A DNA stretch of 64,000 nucleotides from a virus (lineage: Duplodnaviria; Caudoviricetes), in the IMG/VR virus record IMGVR_UViG_3300035661_000004; one strand, written 5' to 3'. The position numbers and the translations under genes are program-made. Of the stretch, positions 34,400 through 44,581 are shown one piece after another. Under the pieces are notes generated by a model. The model worked only from the letters and a program-made list of their open reading frames with translations. It had not been told where the DNA came from and made no database searches. The stretch's first letter is position 1. Each line of letters begins with the position of its first letter.

Positions 34400-34792
34400 T
34401 TAGTCAACGAGTTGGACGGTGCCTGTGAGCTCAAACGGCTCGAGGGCGGTGGGGGAAACGAGCTTGTTGGAGTCGACTGGTTTGGCGGGTGACTCGAGGC
34501 TGACGGTGACGTGGTAAAAGCCGCCGTTGTTCCTCGCTGTGCCGCCGTTGACCTTGACACCTACTGCGTGGATATGCTCACCCACGTAGTGGTTGATGAC
34601 CTTGACCGTAGGCTTCGTGCCCGAGATGCTCGTGAGGCTCAAGTACACGCGGCGCATCTCGGCTTTTTCTTCCTCAGTCTTCGGAAAGATGAGCGTCACG
34701 TGGTGAGCGATCACCCTCTCGAACATGGCCGGCACTTCGTTCAAGAGCTTAGCCCGAGAAGCGGCGTCAAGAACGAAGGCGAGGTAGGTCAT
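34400..34792 (-). CDS. 2H phosphoesterase-like protein
   Basis: Two HxT motifs (HVTL, HVTV). Confidence 0.65.
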   Translation of the reverse strand: MTYLAFVLDAASRAKLLNEVPAMFERVIAHHVTLIFPKTEEEKAEMRRVYLSLTSISGTKPTVKVINHYVGEHIHAVGVKVNGGTARNNGGFYHVTVSLESPAKPVDSNKLVSPTALEPFELTGTVQLVD

Positions 34793-35214
34793 GTTGCAGC
34801 AGCGGCCACGTCAGTGGCAGGGTCCTTGTAGACAGCGATGACTTCGGGCGAGGGTTCAGCCGGCGGGACCTCAAACGATCCCACCGTCGAGCCGATAGCC
34901 GTCAGCTCCATGACCATGCGGCTGAGCTGGTCATCGTCGCGGAGGCGAGCGCGGCGCACAGCGCGGCCATCCTTGACCAAAGCCTTGACCGCGTCTTCGA
35001 GCACGCCCAGGTTGTCGAGCAGGCGCTTGAAGATCTCTTCGCGCACGGTCCGGGTCAGGTACTGCAGATTGCTGGTGACCATGAGGTTGCTCAGGGTCAA
35101 GACATCATCCTCCAAGGAGAGCATGCTCTCCTTGATCTCGACGATGATCGGGGGCTCAGGTGTCATGTTCAGGTCCATAGGGTGTCTTTGTCTTGGTAAA
35201 GGCGTTGTCTCCAC
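34789..35214 (-). CDS. hypothetical protein
   Basis: Coupled ORF. Confidence 0.55.
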   Translation of the reverse strand: METTPLPRQRHPMDLNMTPEPPIIVEIKESMLSLEDDVLTLSNLMVTSNLQYLTRTVREEIFKRLLDNLGVLEDAVKALVKDGRAVRRARLRDDDQLSRMVMELTAIGSTVGSFEVPPAEPSPEVIAVYKDPATDVAAAAT

Positions 35215-35717
35215 ACTCGAACGAGCGTAGAGAACACATGCTTGTTGTAGAGCATGTAGGTTTCAGGGAACGGAAAGCTGAAGTACATCGCGGCAAACTT
35301 TGACACCGCAGCGGACCTGGAGATGCCTGCCTCGCAATGAGCGACGATGACCTTGGCTGTGTGGCGTTGCCGCTCGAGAGCGTCGATGATCTTGTTGGCC
35401 ATGTCGTCATCAAACAACGTCCACTGCGCTGTCCATTCGTCAGAGCAGTGCGTTGGGTCAATATCGTTGAACTCGAGCTTGACGACTTCAAGCCAGTTTG
35501 ACGAGTCGACCTCTGCTGGCTTATATGGAGCACCTGCCCACTTGACCAGCGTGGACTTCGGTGTCGATGCCGGCAGGAGCTTCAAGTCTTTGTCATCGGG
35601 CGAGCCGATGGAGATCAACATAGCCTTCCCTGCCAGCATGGGCTCTTGCCCAGCGTTCATCCGCGTCGTCAGCTTCTCAGCGTCAGGCTTGGACAAAAAG
35701 AAGGTGGTCTTTTGCAT
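35169..35717 (-). CDS. Cys-dependent (PTP/dual-specificity) phosphatase
   Basis: HCEAGISRS (CX5R); ATG 6 nt after TACAAT, likely leaderless. Confidence 0.85.
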   Translation of the reverse strand: MQKTTFFLSKPDAEKLTTRMNAGQEPMLAGKAMLISIGSPDDKDLKLLPASTPKSTLVKWAGAPYKPAEVDSSNWLEVVKLEFNDIDPTHCSDEWTAQWTLFDDDMANKIIDALERQRHTAKVIVAHCEAGISRSAAVSKFAAMYFSFPFPETYMLYNKHVFSTLVRVWRQRLYQDKDTLWT

Positions 35718-35772
35718 ACTAGAATTGTATTCGGCAAGAGACCTAAAGTAAATAAGTCATAGGGAGAAAACA

Positions 35773-36402
35773 ATGTCTATTCGCAGCATTTATGAACGCA
35801 TCACCCGCTGGTTCCTGCTCGATTTCGCAAGCAAAGTTCATTGGAGGCTCAGGGGTGGCTTGACTGACGAAGACCGTGCTCAGCTTAAAGAGCTGCTCGC
35901 TAAGGACTACTACGTGATCGTCACGCGACGGCGTAACCACTTGACCACATACCTAACTGCGATTGGCAACTTCATCCTGTCAGGCAAGTTCAGCTACTGG
36001 GGCCACGTGCTCATGAACCTCGAAGACAAGGTCAATGACGTGAGCGACTTCCGGCTGGTAGAGGCGATCACCCCTGGCGTTGAGTACACGCCGTTTGACA
36101 AAGTGTTTGACTGCTCTGCCGTCGCGCTGCTAAAGCCGAAGGGCGGCGCGCAAGGCTACTGGACGATGGCGATGGACGCGTCAAAGACCTATGTGGGCAG
36201 GCCGTATGACACACTATTTGACTTGGCCCATGACAACAAGATGAGCTGTGTTGAAGTCGTGCTGGACGCAATTCGCGCGATCCCTAACCACATGACATGG
36301 TTCAGCGAGTTTGAAAATGACATCGCTAAGCGCAAGAACCTAACTCCGCAGATGTTCTATGACTGCTCGGACTTTGAGGTGGTCTGGGAAGTCAGGAAGT
36401 AA
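35773..36402 (+). CDS. permuted papain-like amidase (YiiX/YaeF-like)
   Basis: WGHV...VEA...G...GRPYD..F......SCVE; TAAATA at 35749..35754. Confidence 0.7.
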   Translation: MSIRSIYERITRWFLLDFASKVHWRLRGGLTDEDRAQLKELLAKDYYVIVTRRRNHLTTYLTAIGNFILSGKFSYWGHVLMNLEDKVNDVSDFRLVEAITPGVEYTPFDKVFDCSAVALLKPKGGAQGYWTMAMDASKTYVGRPYDTLFDLAHDNKMSCVEVVLDAIRAIPNHMTWFSEFENDIAKRKNLTPQMFYDCSDFEVVWEVRK

Positions 36403-36625
36403 GGGCTTTGAGCTCCTTGAGCTTACTCCCGAACGGCGCTATGGCTACCAGCTCTGCTGCGAGCCTGCGCTTCAGCTCACGCTGACCTGCCACATAGCGC
36501 TTTCGAATGGCAGCCAGCTCGTTGACGACTGGGCCGTTCTTGACTAACGGCGTGCGTGCCTTCATGAAAGTACTCGATCTCGCCGCCGTACATGTGCGGG
36601 TACTCTTTGACCCACCCGATGTCAC
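36392..36625 (-). CDS. hypothetical protein
   Basis: Short ORF after a promoter-like motif. Confidence 0.4.
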   Translation of the reverse strand: MTSGGSKSTRTCTAARSSTFMKARTPLVKNGPVVNELAAIRKRYVAGQRELKRRLAAELVAIAPFGSKLKELKALTS

Positions 36626-36711
36626 CTGCTTTGGGCTCGTACGTATACATGTTGCATCCTCAAAACAAAGTTAAGCAAATTATACCTTAAAGCACGGCTT
36701 TGTACACCGGC

Positions 36712-37395
36712 TTAAGCGTATTTCTTGACGTAGGCTTGTAGCTTAGCCAGGCTGCCTGTCACAAAGGCGCCGCTGTTGTCGAGGATGTTAGCTAGACGTG
36801 GGCTGAGCTCTTGAATCATCTCGATGCCTGTCATGCTTAACATGTCTTTGACGTGCACGTCATGCGCCAGGCCTGCAGCTGCAGCTTCGAGCTCAGCGTC
36901 GTCATTGATGACGGATGTTAGCGGTCTGTAGAAGATCTGGCAGTCTTGGCCGTGGCATCGGTGAATCAGCTGATGCAGGCATACGCTCTGAAACATGAGT
37001 GCCTTGGTAATGACAGTGCTGATTGTCGAGTCGAAGAACTTTCCGCTGACATAGACTGTGATCCGCTCGCCTTCAATGCGCGCGGCGATGATGCCGAGCT
37101 CCAGCAGGTACGGGTTGGTGACCAAGCCAAGTGGTGGCTCAATGAGCTGCACTACGCTGACCTGGTGCTTCTCAAGCAACTCATTGAGCTTGTCAATCGG
37201 GTCGGATGCTCGAAACGCCGCCAACACCGCTCGTGTGGGAAATCCGTCGGCTAGGTCATTCCGACGGGCGTAGAGGATACGCTTGAGCTGTACCATTGGA
37301 CAGGTCTCAATTGGACAGGTCTCAGTGCTGAACCTTTGTCTTGAGCTTGTCAATAGCCTTGATGACCTGGTTAGCCAACATCTGCAGGGCTTCAA
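36712..37395 (-). CDS. hypothetical protein
   Basis: ORF; true start probably internal (MVQLKR). Confidence 0.55.
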   Translation of the reverse strand: MKPCRCWLTRSSRLLTSSRQRFSTETCPIETCPMVQLKRILYARRNDLADGFPTRAVLAAFRASDPIDKLNELLEKHQVSVVQLIEPPLGLVTNPYLLELGIIAARIEGERITVYVSGKFFDSTISTVITKALMFQSVCLHQLIHRCHGQDCQIFYRPLTSVINDDAELEAAAAGLAHDVHVKDMLSMTGIEMIQELSPRLANILDNSGAFVTGSLAKLQAYVKKYA

Positions 37396-37831
37396 CAGCC
37401 TTTTCTCGTTCTGGGCTCTTCGGGCCCACTAGCTTCTTCAGGGCTTCGAGCTCCTTAGCCCGAGTCGACTTGGACATCAGAGCGATAGCCTTGATGATCT
37501 CCTTGGTCGCTCCTGGCAGCGCACGGCTGGGATCGCTAGGAATCGTGTCCAACATCTTGAGAAGCTCTTCGGAGTTGTTCGGGTCAATGCCGATGTCACC
37601 CCTCGTCATCGCCTGCCGATTATCGGAGTTTGTCAACAGCTTGATAGCTGTGATCACATCAGCGAGTTGTTCAAAGTCAAACTTCTCAAGCTTGTCTCGA
37701 TCAGCCTTAGCTGTGCGAGCAGCATTCATTAGAGCGACGCCTGCGTCTTCAAGCACAAGCTGAAGCTCCGGGCGAGCGTGAATGGCTTCGAGGTAACGGT
37801 TGAGGATCAGGTTGCGTAGCAGCATGGTCAC
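37322..37831 (-). CDS. hypothetical protein
   Basis: Coupled ORF in a late block. Confidence 0.6.
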   Translation of the reverse strand: MTMLLRNLILNRYLEAIHARPELQLVLEDAGVALMNAARTAKADRDKLEKFDFEQLADVITAIKLLTNSDNRQAMTRGDIGIDPNNSEELLKMLDTIPSDPSRALPGATKEIIKAIALMSKSTRAKELEALKKLVGPKSPEREKAVEALQMLANQVIKAIDKLKTKVQH

Positions 37832-37833
37832 GA

Positions 37834-38970
37834 TTATGAGTTGATTGTTGTGTCACCCTCGACGGTGCCGTTGGTGAGCTCAGCGGTGCCCTGGATAACA
37901 GCGCGCCCTTGGACGCGAGCTGTGCCAAGCACCTTCGCGTTTCCCTTGATGATTGCGGTGCCTGCGATAACGGCGTCGCCGCTAACTACGGCCGTGCCGG
38001 CAAGCTTAGCGGCGCCTAGCACCCGAGCAAGCCCGCGGACGACAGCGAACTCGCTGGCGTTAATAGCGCCTGAGAGGATAGCACCCTCGCTAATGATGAC
38101 CGAGCCAAACACCTTGGACTCTTGCTCAACGATAGCGTTGCCGAGAATTTGAACCGAGCCGCTGACTTGCGAGTTGCCCTGCACGACAGCGTTGCCCGCT
38201 ACCTTGGCTGTGCCAAAGATGCGAGCGTTGTCAAGAACAGTGGCGTTGCCTGTTACAAGCGAGTTTTCAGTTAACAGTGCATGCCCTTCAACCGTGGCCT
38301 CGTTGGCTACCGTTGCGTAGCCGCTGACTTGAGCGGAACCCTGCACGACGGCTTCGTCATAGACCTGAGCATTGCCTGAAATGACAGCGTTCTCTTGGAT
38401 AACGCACGCGTCATAGACCTGGGCTCGGTCCTTGAGGACAGCGTCTCCGCGAACTGTTGAGTCAACGTAGACGATAGCATTGTCTTGCACGACAGCGTCG
38501 CCGTACACTTCAGCGGTGTCATAGACCTTGGCGTTGCCAAGCACCTGCGCGGTGTCGAAGACCTTTGCGGCTGAACCGACATAAGCCGTGGCCGCAACCG
38601 TAGCCGACAGCTGAACTTTGCCGCCGCCGTTTGGGTGGATGCGAGCGCCTACATCGCCGCTGCCGAAGTCAAAGATGATCGAGCCGGCGGGCAAGACGGT
38701 TAGCGAGACACTGACTTCACCTACATCGGCGAGCGAGTCGGTGACTTGCACCGTAAAGGCGTAGAGGCCCTCAACCGTATCGGTCGCTGCGTTGAGCTTG
38801 CAATAGCTGCCATCAGATGCAACGACAAATGTCACGCCGACGGGCAGCGTCGTGAGCATGGCGTAGGTATACGGCCCTGTGCCACCCGAGGGAACCAAGT
38901 TGGCGCCGGTGTAAGCCACGCCGGCAATTGCGAGCGTCAGCGCGCCTGAAGGCGTAAGCGTAATGGACAT
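37834..38970 (-). CDS. Ig-like domain plus left-handed beta-helix (hexapeptide repeat) late protein
   Basis: SGGTGPYTY...FTVQVTDS Ig motif; [AV]-x-V-x-G-[ND] hexapeptide repeats; TAAATA at 38990..38995. Confidence 0.75.
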   Translation of the reverse strand: MSITLTPSGALTLAIAGVAYTGANLVPSGGTGPYTYAMLTTLPVGVTFVVASDGSYCKLNAATDTVEGLYAFTVQVTDSLADVGEVSVSLTVLPAGSIIFDFGSGDVGARIHPNGGGKVQLSATVAATAYVGSAAKVFDTAQVLGNAKVYDTAEVYGDAVVQDNAIVYVDSTVRGDAVLKDRAQVYDACVIQENAVISGNAQVYDEAVVQGSAQVSGYATVANEATVEGHALLTENSLVTGNATVLDNARIFGTAKVAGNAVVQGNSQVSGSVQILGNAIVEQESKVFGSVIISEGAILSGAINASEFAVVRGLARVLGAAKLAGTAVVSGDAVIAGTAIIKGNAKVLGTARVQGRAVIQGTAELTNGTVEGDTTINS

Positions 38971-39010
38971 TCAGTTTCCCTCCGTAGGCTATTTATGATA
39001 CAATTGGTAG

Positions 39011-39271
39011 ATGACAGCGCCTATCGGTACGACTCACACCGCAGACTTCTACGGTGATACCCACTTTTACAAGATCGTCTACTACCCGCACCTCAACCAG
39101 GTCTATGAGGAGTGGCAAACCAGGGCAAACGTGTACTGGTGGGACCTGGGCAAGTGGGTTGATGTCGGCCCTGGCTTTAGCGGACGCAAGCTGAAAGTAT
39201 ATGAAGAACCACTACGTCAAGTACTCCCGCACGATGCACGTGCCTCACTCGCCGGGCACGCAGTCCGATGA
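39011..39271 (+). CDS. hypothetical protein
   Basis: ORF preceding the RNA ligase-like gene. Confidence 0.5.
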   Translation: MTAPIGTTHTADFYGDTHFYKIVYYPHLNQVYEEWQTRANVYWWDLGKWVDVGPGFSGRKLKVYEEPLRQVLPHDARASLAGHAVR

Positions 39272-39709
39272 CCGGCTGCTGAAGACCCTTGACCACCTGC
39301 TAGGTGTCGAGGTTGTGATCACTGAGAAGCGTGACGGTGAAAACACGTCGCTCTACTCGAATCACATGCATGCGCGAAGCTTGGACTCCAAGCATCATGA
39401 GTCGCGCAACTACTTCGAAGCGTTTTCGGTGTGGAACGAGCGAAATGAGCGTTTGCACTGGGACGAGCAAGCGGCCTTCCTCGCCAGCATCTGGGTCAAG
39501 GTTGTGCCTCAGCTATACCGTGGGCCGTTGACAATGGACGTGCTAGCAAGCTCGACATCGAACGGTGTGAAGGCTACGTCATCGCGACGGTAGCAGGCTT
39601 CCACTATGACGACTTCGGCGCTCACGTCGCCAAGTGGGTCAGGCCGAAGCACGTGCAGACCGACAAGCACTGGATGACCCAGGCTGTCGTGCCTAACAAG
39701 CTGGCTTAA
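39201..39709 (+). pseudogene. RNA ligase family protein, frameshifted and apparently internally deleted
   Basis: KYSRT.H.P.S...EKRDGEN motif I; after a shift near 39548 reads CEGYV...AKWVRPKHVQTDKHWM; the GEN motif III region appears missing. Confidence 0.65.
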
Positions 39710-40374
39710 CGGCCTTTCCAAAATGCTTCGACTGCGGCTTCGTAGTCGGAGCACTTGATCGGGTCTTCGAGCAGCAGCAAGAAGGCGATGACGTGCAGGC
39801 TCAGCCTGCACGTCCTTAAGCTCTTGGGCGATGGGCACGTAATGGTAGAGCCGTTCGGCGCGGTCACGGATCGCCTCAAGGTTGTCATTGAGCGCCTTGA
39901 TGAGCCGTTACTGTTGGCTGCGCGCACGCGCCTTGGCTTGCTGAAGCAAGCGACCCTGCTCCTTGAGCGTAAACACGTCATTGATGACGCGCTTCATCTC
40001 GGTTGCGACCTCGAACGTGGCGCTGTGCATGAACTCGACAGGCCGCATCTCGTTGTTCATGTAGCCGGAGGCATGCGAGGTGTTGCGCCAGGCCCAGGAG
40101 CCTACGTCTTCGCCAAATGCTTTGACCGCCAACCCGATGGCCCACTCAGGCGCCAGCGCCCATGAAGGTTTTGCCGGTCTCGAGCATGCATCGCCGGCAT
40201 TCGACGTAGGTGCCATCTTCGAGCATGGTGAAAGCAGGATTCTCGGTGATCGGGTGCTCGATGATGCCAGTCACGGTGCCAAGCTTAGCACCTGACTTCC
40301 CGCTCTCCTTGTAGACCTGCTTACCGATCCAGGTCTCCCAAACGACTCGTTGCTGCAGAGGTGTTGCACTCATC

Positions 40375-41109
40375 TCAGTCTCCAGTTAGCTCGTCAAGAG
40401 CGATGTTGTGGGCGTCGATCAGAGCTAAGGCTTTCTCGAGAGCCCAAATCTTTGCCTTCATGCTAACGCCGCCCTTTCGGCCAGCCTTTGCTTTGAGCTT
40501 GGGTTCAATCAATGGCTTGAGCTTAGCCTTAGGCTTTGCTTTCTTTGCCCACTTGCCGCAGGGCGTGACTTGGTAAGGGAGCAGTTGACAGTCAGCCGCT
40601 TCGACCTTGAGATGCATCACGTGCTTGAGGGTGCGCTGAAGCCACAGCGTGATAGCGGTCCTTGTGGGCAGCGGGCTCATGGTGACAGGCAGTGCGTGCA
40701 GGATAGCTGTAGCGCCGTGGCCGTTGATATCATGCTGCGCGATAGCCCACTTGACAAGGTCCAGCGGCCACTTGAAATCGGTCTTGTACTTGTACTTGCG
40801 TTGTGCAGGAGCAGATGGTGGCTCGTCGCGCACGGTCATGTAGGTCAGCTCTGGCTTGTAAGCGGCCCAGCTTTCCTTGACGAGTAGCTTACGACCGAGG
40901 GCGATGGCTCGCAGCACTTGGGCCCTATCCATGCCCAGCTCAGTGGCAATCACGCTTGGCGGCGTGTGCTTATAGACGTTGCGCGCATTGATCGCTTTGA
41001 TGAGCTCAGGTGTGTAGACCAGCACCTTCCGATCACGCGCCGTGAAGGGCGTTGACTTAACCTTGTGCACGTTCGGGAGGATCTGCCGAGCTACGGTATT
41101 ATCTGTCAT
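40375..41109 (-). CDS. hypothetical basic protein, possible HTH
   Basis: 244-aa ORF after a promoter-like motif. Confidence 0.55.
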   Translation of the reverse strand: MTDNTVARQILPNVHKVKSTPFTARDRKVLVYTPELIKAINARNVYKHTPPSVIATELGMDRAQVLRAIALGRKLLVKESWAAYKPELTYMTVRDEPPSAPAQRKYKYKTDFKWPLDLVKWAIAQHDINGHGATAILHALPVTMSPLPTRTAITLWLQRTLKHVMHLKVEAADCQLLPYQVTPCGKWAKKAKPKAKLKPLIEPKLKAKAGRKGGVSMKAKIWALEKALALIDAHNIALDELTGD

Positions 41110-41249
41110 GAGCTACCTTTTGAATGGTTAATTATAAACCTCAAGCCGTCAAATGTAAACGGCTTTTACTCAGTTGTAATACACACTTTGGATGCCGCTT
41201 TTGCCTACGGCCTATGCCTAAATAGCAATGACCAACTGAGCAACAAATT

Positions 41250-42395
41250 ATGCAACCCAAAGTCCTCTTCATCCTCAAGCAGCGCATGCCAGGCCCATAC
41301 GGCTCCTGGAGCTATAGCTCGCAGGGTACGCCACTCGCTTCGGGCTTGAACGTGTCAGCAGGGCAGATGGCTAAGGCGCTTGACGAGCTCGGCATTGACA
41401 ACAAGCTAGTCCACGTCGTGGATAATAACTGCATTGACCGTGAGGTTTACGCTTACAAGCCAACCCACGTGATCATTGAAGCCTTCTGGGTCGTGCCTGA
41501 GAAGTTTGACGTGCTGCGTAAGCTGCACCCAAACGTACAGTGGATCGTGCGCAACCACTCGAAGCTGCCGTTCTTGGCTAACGAAGGGGGCATGATCGGT
41601 TGGGCGGTTGACTACATGAAGCGCGGAGTTGTAGTAGCGAGCAACTCGCCCGAGGCTACACGTGATCTTAGGGTGCTTGCCAAAGCCGCTGGCTCGGAAT
41701 GCCGCTTCAGCGTCTTCCTGCCGAACTACTATCAAACGCTTGGCCCAAAGCATTCAGGCTTGCTCTTGAGCTGGAACAAGTTCACCCGTTGGCTCGGCTT
41801 CAATGAAGGCATGAACACGCTGCCGACAGAGCTGAACATCGGCTGCTTCGGCGCTGTGCGCCCAATGAAAAACCACTTGTCACAAGCTGTGGCTGCAATC
41901 GAAGCCGCTGAGCACCTGGGCTCGAAGCTGCACTTCTGGATCAATGGCAACCGCGTTGAAGGCAAGGGCGAGTCATTCTTGCGCAGCGTGCGCGAGCTGT
42001 TCAAGCGCTATCCAAGGCATGAGCTACATGAGCTCGACTGGATGCCTCATGACGAGTTTGTCAAGGTGATTGCGAAGATGGACCTCGTGATGCAAGTCTC
42101 GAACTCCGAAACTTTCAACATCGTAGCTGCTGACGCTGTAGCTAACCACGTGCCAGTCATCGGCTCAACAGAGATTCCTTGGCTCGACCTTGAGTACACG
42201 GCTGACCCGAGTCAAGCGCTTGACATGACCGAAAAGGTGCTGTACATCTTGGCTAACCGTCGGCGCGGCCTCTTGCAAGAGGATCAGCTTCGGGGCTTGA
42301 AGGACTACACCGAACACGCAAAGATGCTTTGGTCGTTGTACCTCTTTGGCTCTAGCTCGATGCATAACAGAGTGAAGTGCATGCACTGCGCTTGA
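41250..42395 (+). CDS. GT-B fold glycosyltransferase
   Basis: IGCFGAVRPMKNH...MDLVMQVSNSETFNIVAADA; TAAATA at 41219..41224. Confidence 0.75.
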   Translation: MQPKVLFILKQRMPGPYGSWSYSSQGTPLASGLNVSAGQMAKALDELGIDNKLVHVVDNNCIDREVYAYKPTHVIIEAFWVVPEKFDVLRKLHPNVQWIVRNHSKLPFLANEGGMIGWAVDYMKRGVVVASNSPEATRDLRVLAKAAGSECRFSVFLPNYYQTLGPKHSGLLLSWNKFTRWLGFNEGMNTLPTELNIGCFGAVRPMKNHLSQAVAAIEAAEHLGSKLHFWINGNRVEGKGESFLRSVRELFKRYPRHELHELDWMPHDEFVKVIAKMDLVMQVSNSETFNIVAADAVANHVPVIGSTEIPWLDLEYTADPSQALDMTEKVLYILANRRRGLLQEDQLRGLKDYTEHAKMLWSLYLFGSSSMHNRVKCMHCA

Positions 42396-42432
42396 GGCAT
42401 GTAAATAGCCCTGTCATCGCATAGGAGCTACC

Positions 42433-42753
42433 ATGACATACTTCGCTGATCATTGGCACGGCCGCTTGCCCCTTTGGCAAGCATACTGGCTCAACGTGAT
42501 CCTTGGCCCAATGGTGGTCGGGGTCATCCTCACAGCCTTGTTCACGGCCGCGCCCAGCGTTGTTGCAGCGCTATTGACAATGGGTATCGTGCTGTCAATG
42601 ACGGTGTGGGGCTTAGTCGGCGTGTGGGGCTCAGCCACAGCTTACATCGAAGAGTACAGCTATCCCCGCGCGCTGCTTGGTTGGCTAGCTTACGGCGCAG
42701 TATGCGTAGGTTGGCTCAAAGTGGTTGTAGCCCTGATCTCGCTTAACGCTTAA
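42433..42753 (+). CDS. membrane protein
   Basis: WHGRLPLWQAYW plus three TM segments; TAAATA at 42402..42407. Confidence 0.65.
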   Translation: MTYFADHWHGRLPLWQAYWLNVILGPMVVGVILTALFTAAPSVVAALLTMGIVLSMTVWGLVGVWGSATAYIEEYSYPRALLGWLAYGAVCVGWLKVVVALISLNA

Positions 42754-43406
42754 TCGGTACCCCAGCTACCGCCGCTATCAGACGGCGATGGCCCGGGTTC
42801 AGGCAAAGACGACGGCGAGTCACAGCTATAGCTGTAACTCGGCGCTGGCGAAGGAGCTGGCTCGTAGCAAGGCGCCGGGACAGGCTCAGGCGCCTGGCAC
42901 ACGGGCTCTGGGCTTGGCGAAGGTGCCAACCATGTAGACAAGCCGGCGTCAGGTGTGATGAGCACGGATTGTTGGTCATCGTCATTCCGCCGACGCAGCG
43001 CCCGCGCTTCCTCTTCGGCGAGCAACAGCGCCGCAGCCGTAGCAGCCGCACGTTGGTTCTCAAGGTAGAGGCGATCAGCTTCACCCTCATCACGCCTTTG
43101 CTGCATCTGAGCGAGCGAGCTGTGGTAGGGCATCGGCAGCGATGGCATGCGAGGCACCGCTTTAGCCGCGGGCGCTGCCTTGACTGCAGGCATTGACGGC
43201 GTCGTCATCTTGACTTCAGCCTTTCGAGGCCAAGGCTTGTCAGGCTCGCCGTATGCTGATTTAGGGATAAGCAGCGGCTCCTCGACAAAGAGCCAGCTCC
43301 ACAGGAGCTTCGGGACCCAGTTAGGGCGTTGCATCGCGTTTCCTTTGCTCCAGAGCTTTACACGCCTCACCCGCGAGCTGGAGCAACTCAGGGTCAAGGT
43401 CATCAA
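42750..43406 (-). CDS. Pro/Ser-rich low-complexity protein
   Basis: Tail ...SYSYSCDSPSS...DSGGSWGTD. Confidence 0.5.
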   Translation of the reverse strand: MMTLTLSCSSSRVRRVKLWSKGNAMQRPNWVPKLLWSWLFVEEPLLIPKSAYGEPDKPWPRKAEVKMTTPSMPAVKAAPAAKAVPRMPSLPMPYHSSLAQMQQRRDEGEADRLYLENQRAAATAAALLLAEEEARALRRRNDDDQQSVLITPDAGLSTWLAPSPSPEPVCQAPEPVPAPCYEPAPSPAPSYSYSCDSPSSLPEPGPSPSDSGGSWGTD

Positions 43407-43666
43407 AAAACACCGGTTCGCATCTGCTCGAGCAGCTTGTTGATCCGAAGCTGACTTTCAGTCAAGTCGACCCACACGAGCAGCTGGCCACAAACCTCAA
43501 GCAGCTCATTGCTACGGAGGTGGTTTGCGTTTGGTCCGCATGGGAGGCCTCGAGGCAAGCCGTCGCCGATGTAGAGGCCTAGGCCGTCGGCGGGCAGCTT
43601 GTTGCCTTTGCTCATGCTATAGAGCAGGTCGATCATCTCTTGGAGACGCTCACGAGAAACTAGCAT
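43403..43666 (-). CDS. hypothetical protein
   Basis: Coupled ORF. Confidence 0.5.
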   Translation of the reverse strand: MLVSRERLQEMIDLLYSMSKGNKLPADGLGLYIGDGLPRGLPCGPNANHLRSNELLEVCGQLLVWVDLTESQLRINKLLEQMRTGVF

Positions 43667-43672
43667 GTTGAC

Positions 43673-43927
43673 CTACGTCCTCCATGTTAAACGACCGCCA
43701 AGTGCCGTTCCGGTAGGCTGGGAGATGATTTCCTTGAGGAAGGCCTCATAGGCACCGTCCGAGCTAAACTCACGCTTGTAGCTGGTGAGGACCGAGGCTG
43801 AAGGGCCAAGGGTGTTCCGCACAGCATCAGCCACGTCAACGCCAATGTCAATCAATACGGCTGGACCGCCATAGCCTAGCTGCGCTCGCTGTGAGTCTGT
43901 CAATGTTCGGATGAGCTTCATGTGCAT
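43673..43927 (-). CDS. hypothetical protein
   Basis: Coupled ORF. Confidence 0.5.
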   Translation of the reverse strand: MHMKLIRTLTDSQRAQLGYGGPAVLIDIGVDVADAVRNTLGPSASVLTSYKREFSSDGAYEAFLKEIISQPTGTALGGRLTWRT

Positions 43928-44226
43928 CAGTAGAATTGTATCTGATGCCGACCTGGATGTAAACGGTCAAGAAGAGTCGTGGCTTTCTGGAAGATGTAAG
44001 GGCGCTTGATGTAGGTCCACTTCGTCTCGAGCTTCTGAAGCGCGTCGACTTGAGCGCTCGACGCGCTCGCCTCGGTGAAGAAGGCTGAAGCGCCGACCAG
44101 GTGCCGCTTGTTGCGCCCATCGATGGCCCAGCTCCACTTACGGACCACGATCTCGCAGCGCATCACCTTGATCGGGCGCCACGGGTACTTGAGCTCGACG
44201 ACGATGTACACGTCAACGTGGTTCAT
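43927..44226 (-). CDS. hypothetical protein
   Basis: Coupled ORF. Confidence 0.5.
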   Translation of the reverse strand: MNHVDVYIVVELKYPWRPIKVMRCEIVVRKWSWAIDGRNKRHLVGASAFFTEASASSAQVDALQKLETKWTYIKRPYIFQKATTLLDRLHPGRHQIQFY

Positions 44227-44283
44227 TCAAACCCTTCGCCACGCATCACGTCGATGATTTCGGTGTAAGCCGAACGGACGCCG

Positions 44284-44571
44284 TCATCGATGCCCCTCGT
44301 GCCTTGCTGGATGGATGAACAGGGTTGTGACCCGCTTCTTGCTTGAGTTAACGAGCGCGCAAGACTGTGTGGGCGTCAAGCCAGTTCCATTGCCAAACGG
44401 CTGTGTGAGCACGAACGTGCTCATGGTGTCAACCATGTCGCTGATAGCGGCTGCCAGGCCATCACGCCCCTTCTCCATGAAGCCAAAGAAGAGCAGGTCA
44501 ACGAAGAATGGGTGCAGGTCATTGAACGTGCAGCTCTTCAACGCTTTGCCATTGATCTCAGGGTAAACCAT
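44284..44571 (-). CDS. hypothetical protein
   Basis: AGGAG RBS. Confidence 0.45.
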   Translation of the reverse strand: MVYPEINGKALKSCTFNDLHPFFVDLLFFGFMEKGRDGLAAAISDMVDTMSTFVLTQPFGNGTGLTPTQSCALVNSSKKRVTTLFIHPARHEGHR

Positions 44572-44581
44572 GATGGGGCTC

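Noticed and set aside
37850-38600. DNA tandem repeat or diversity-generating region
   Set aside because: The periodicity is protein-level hexapeptide repetition with divergent codons.
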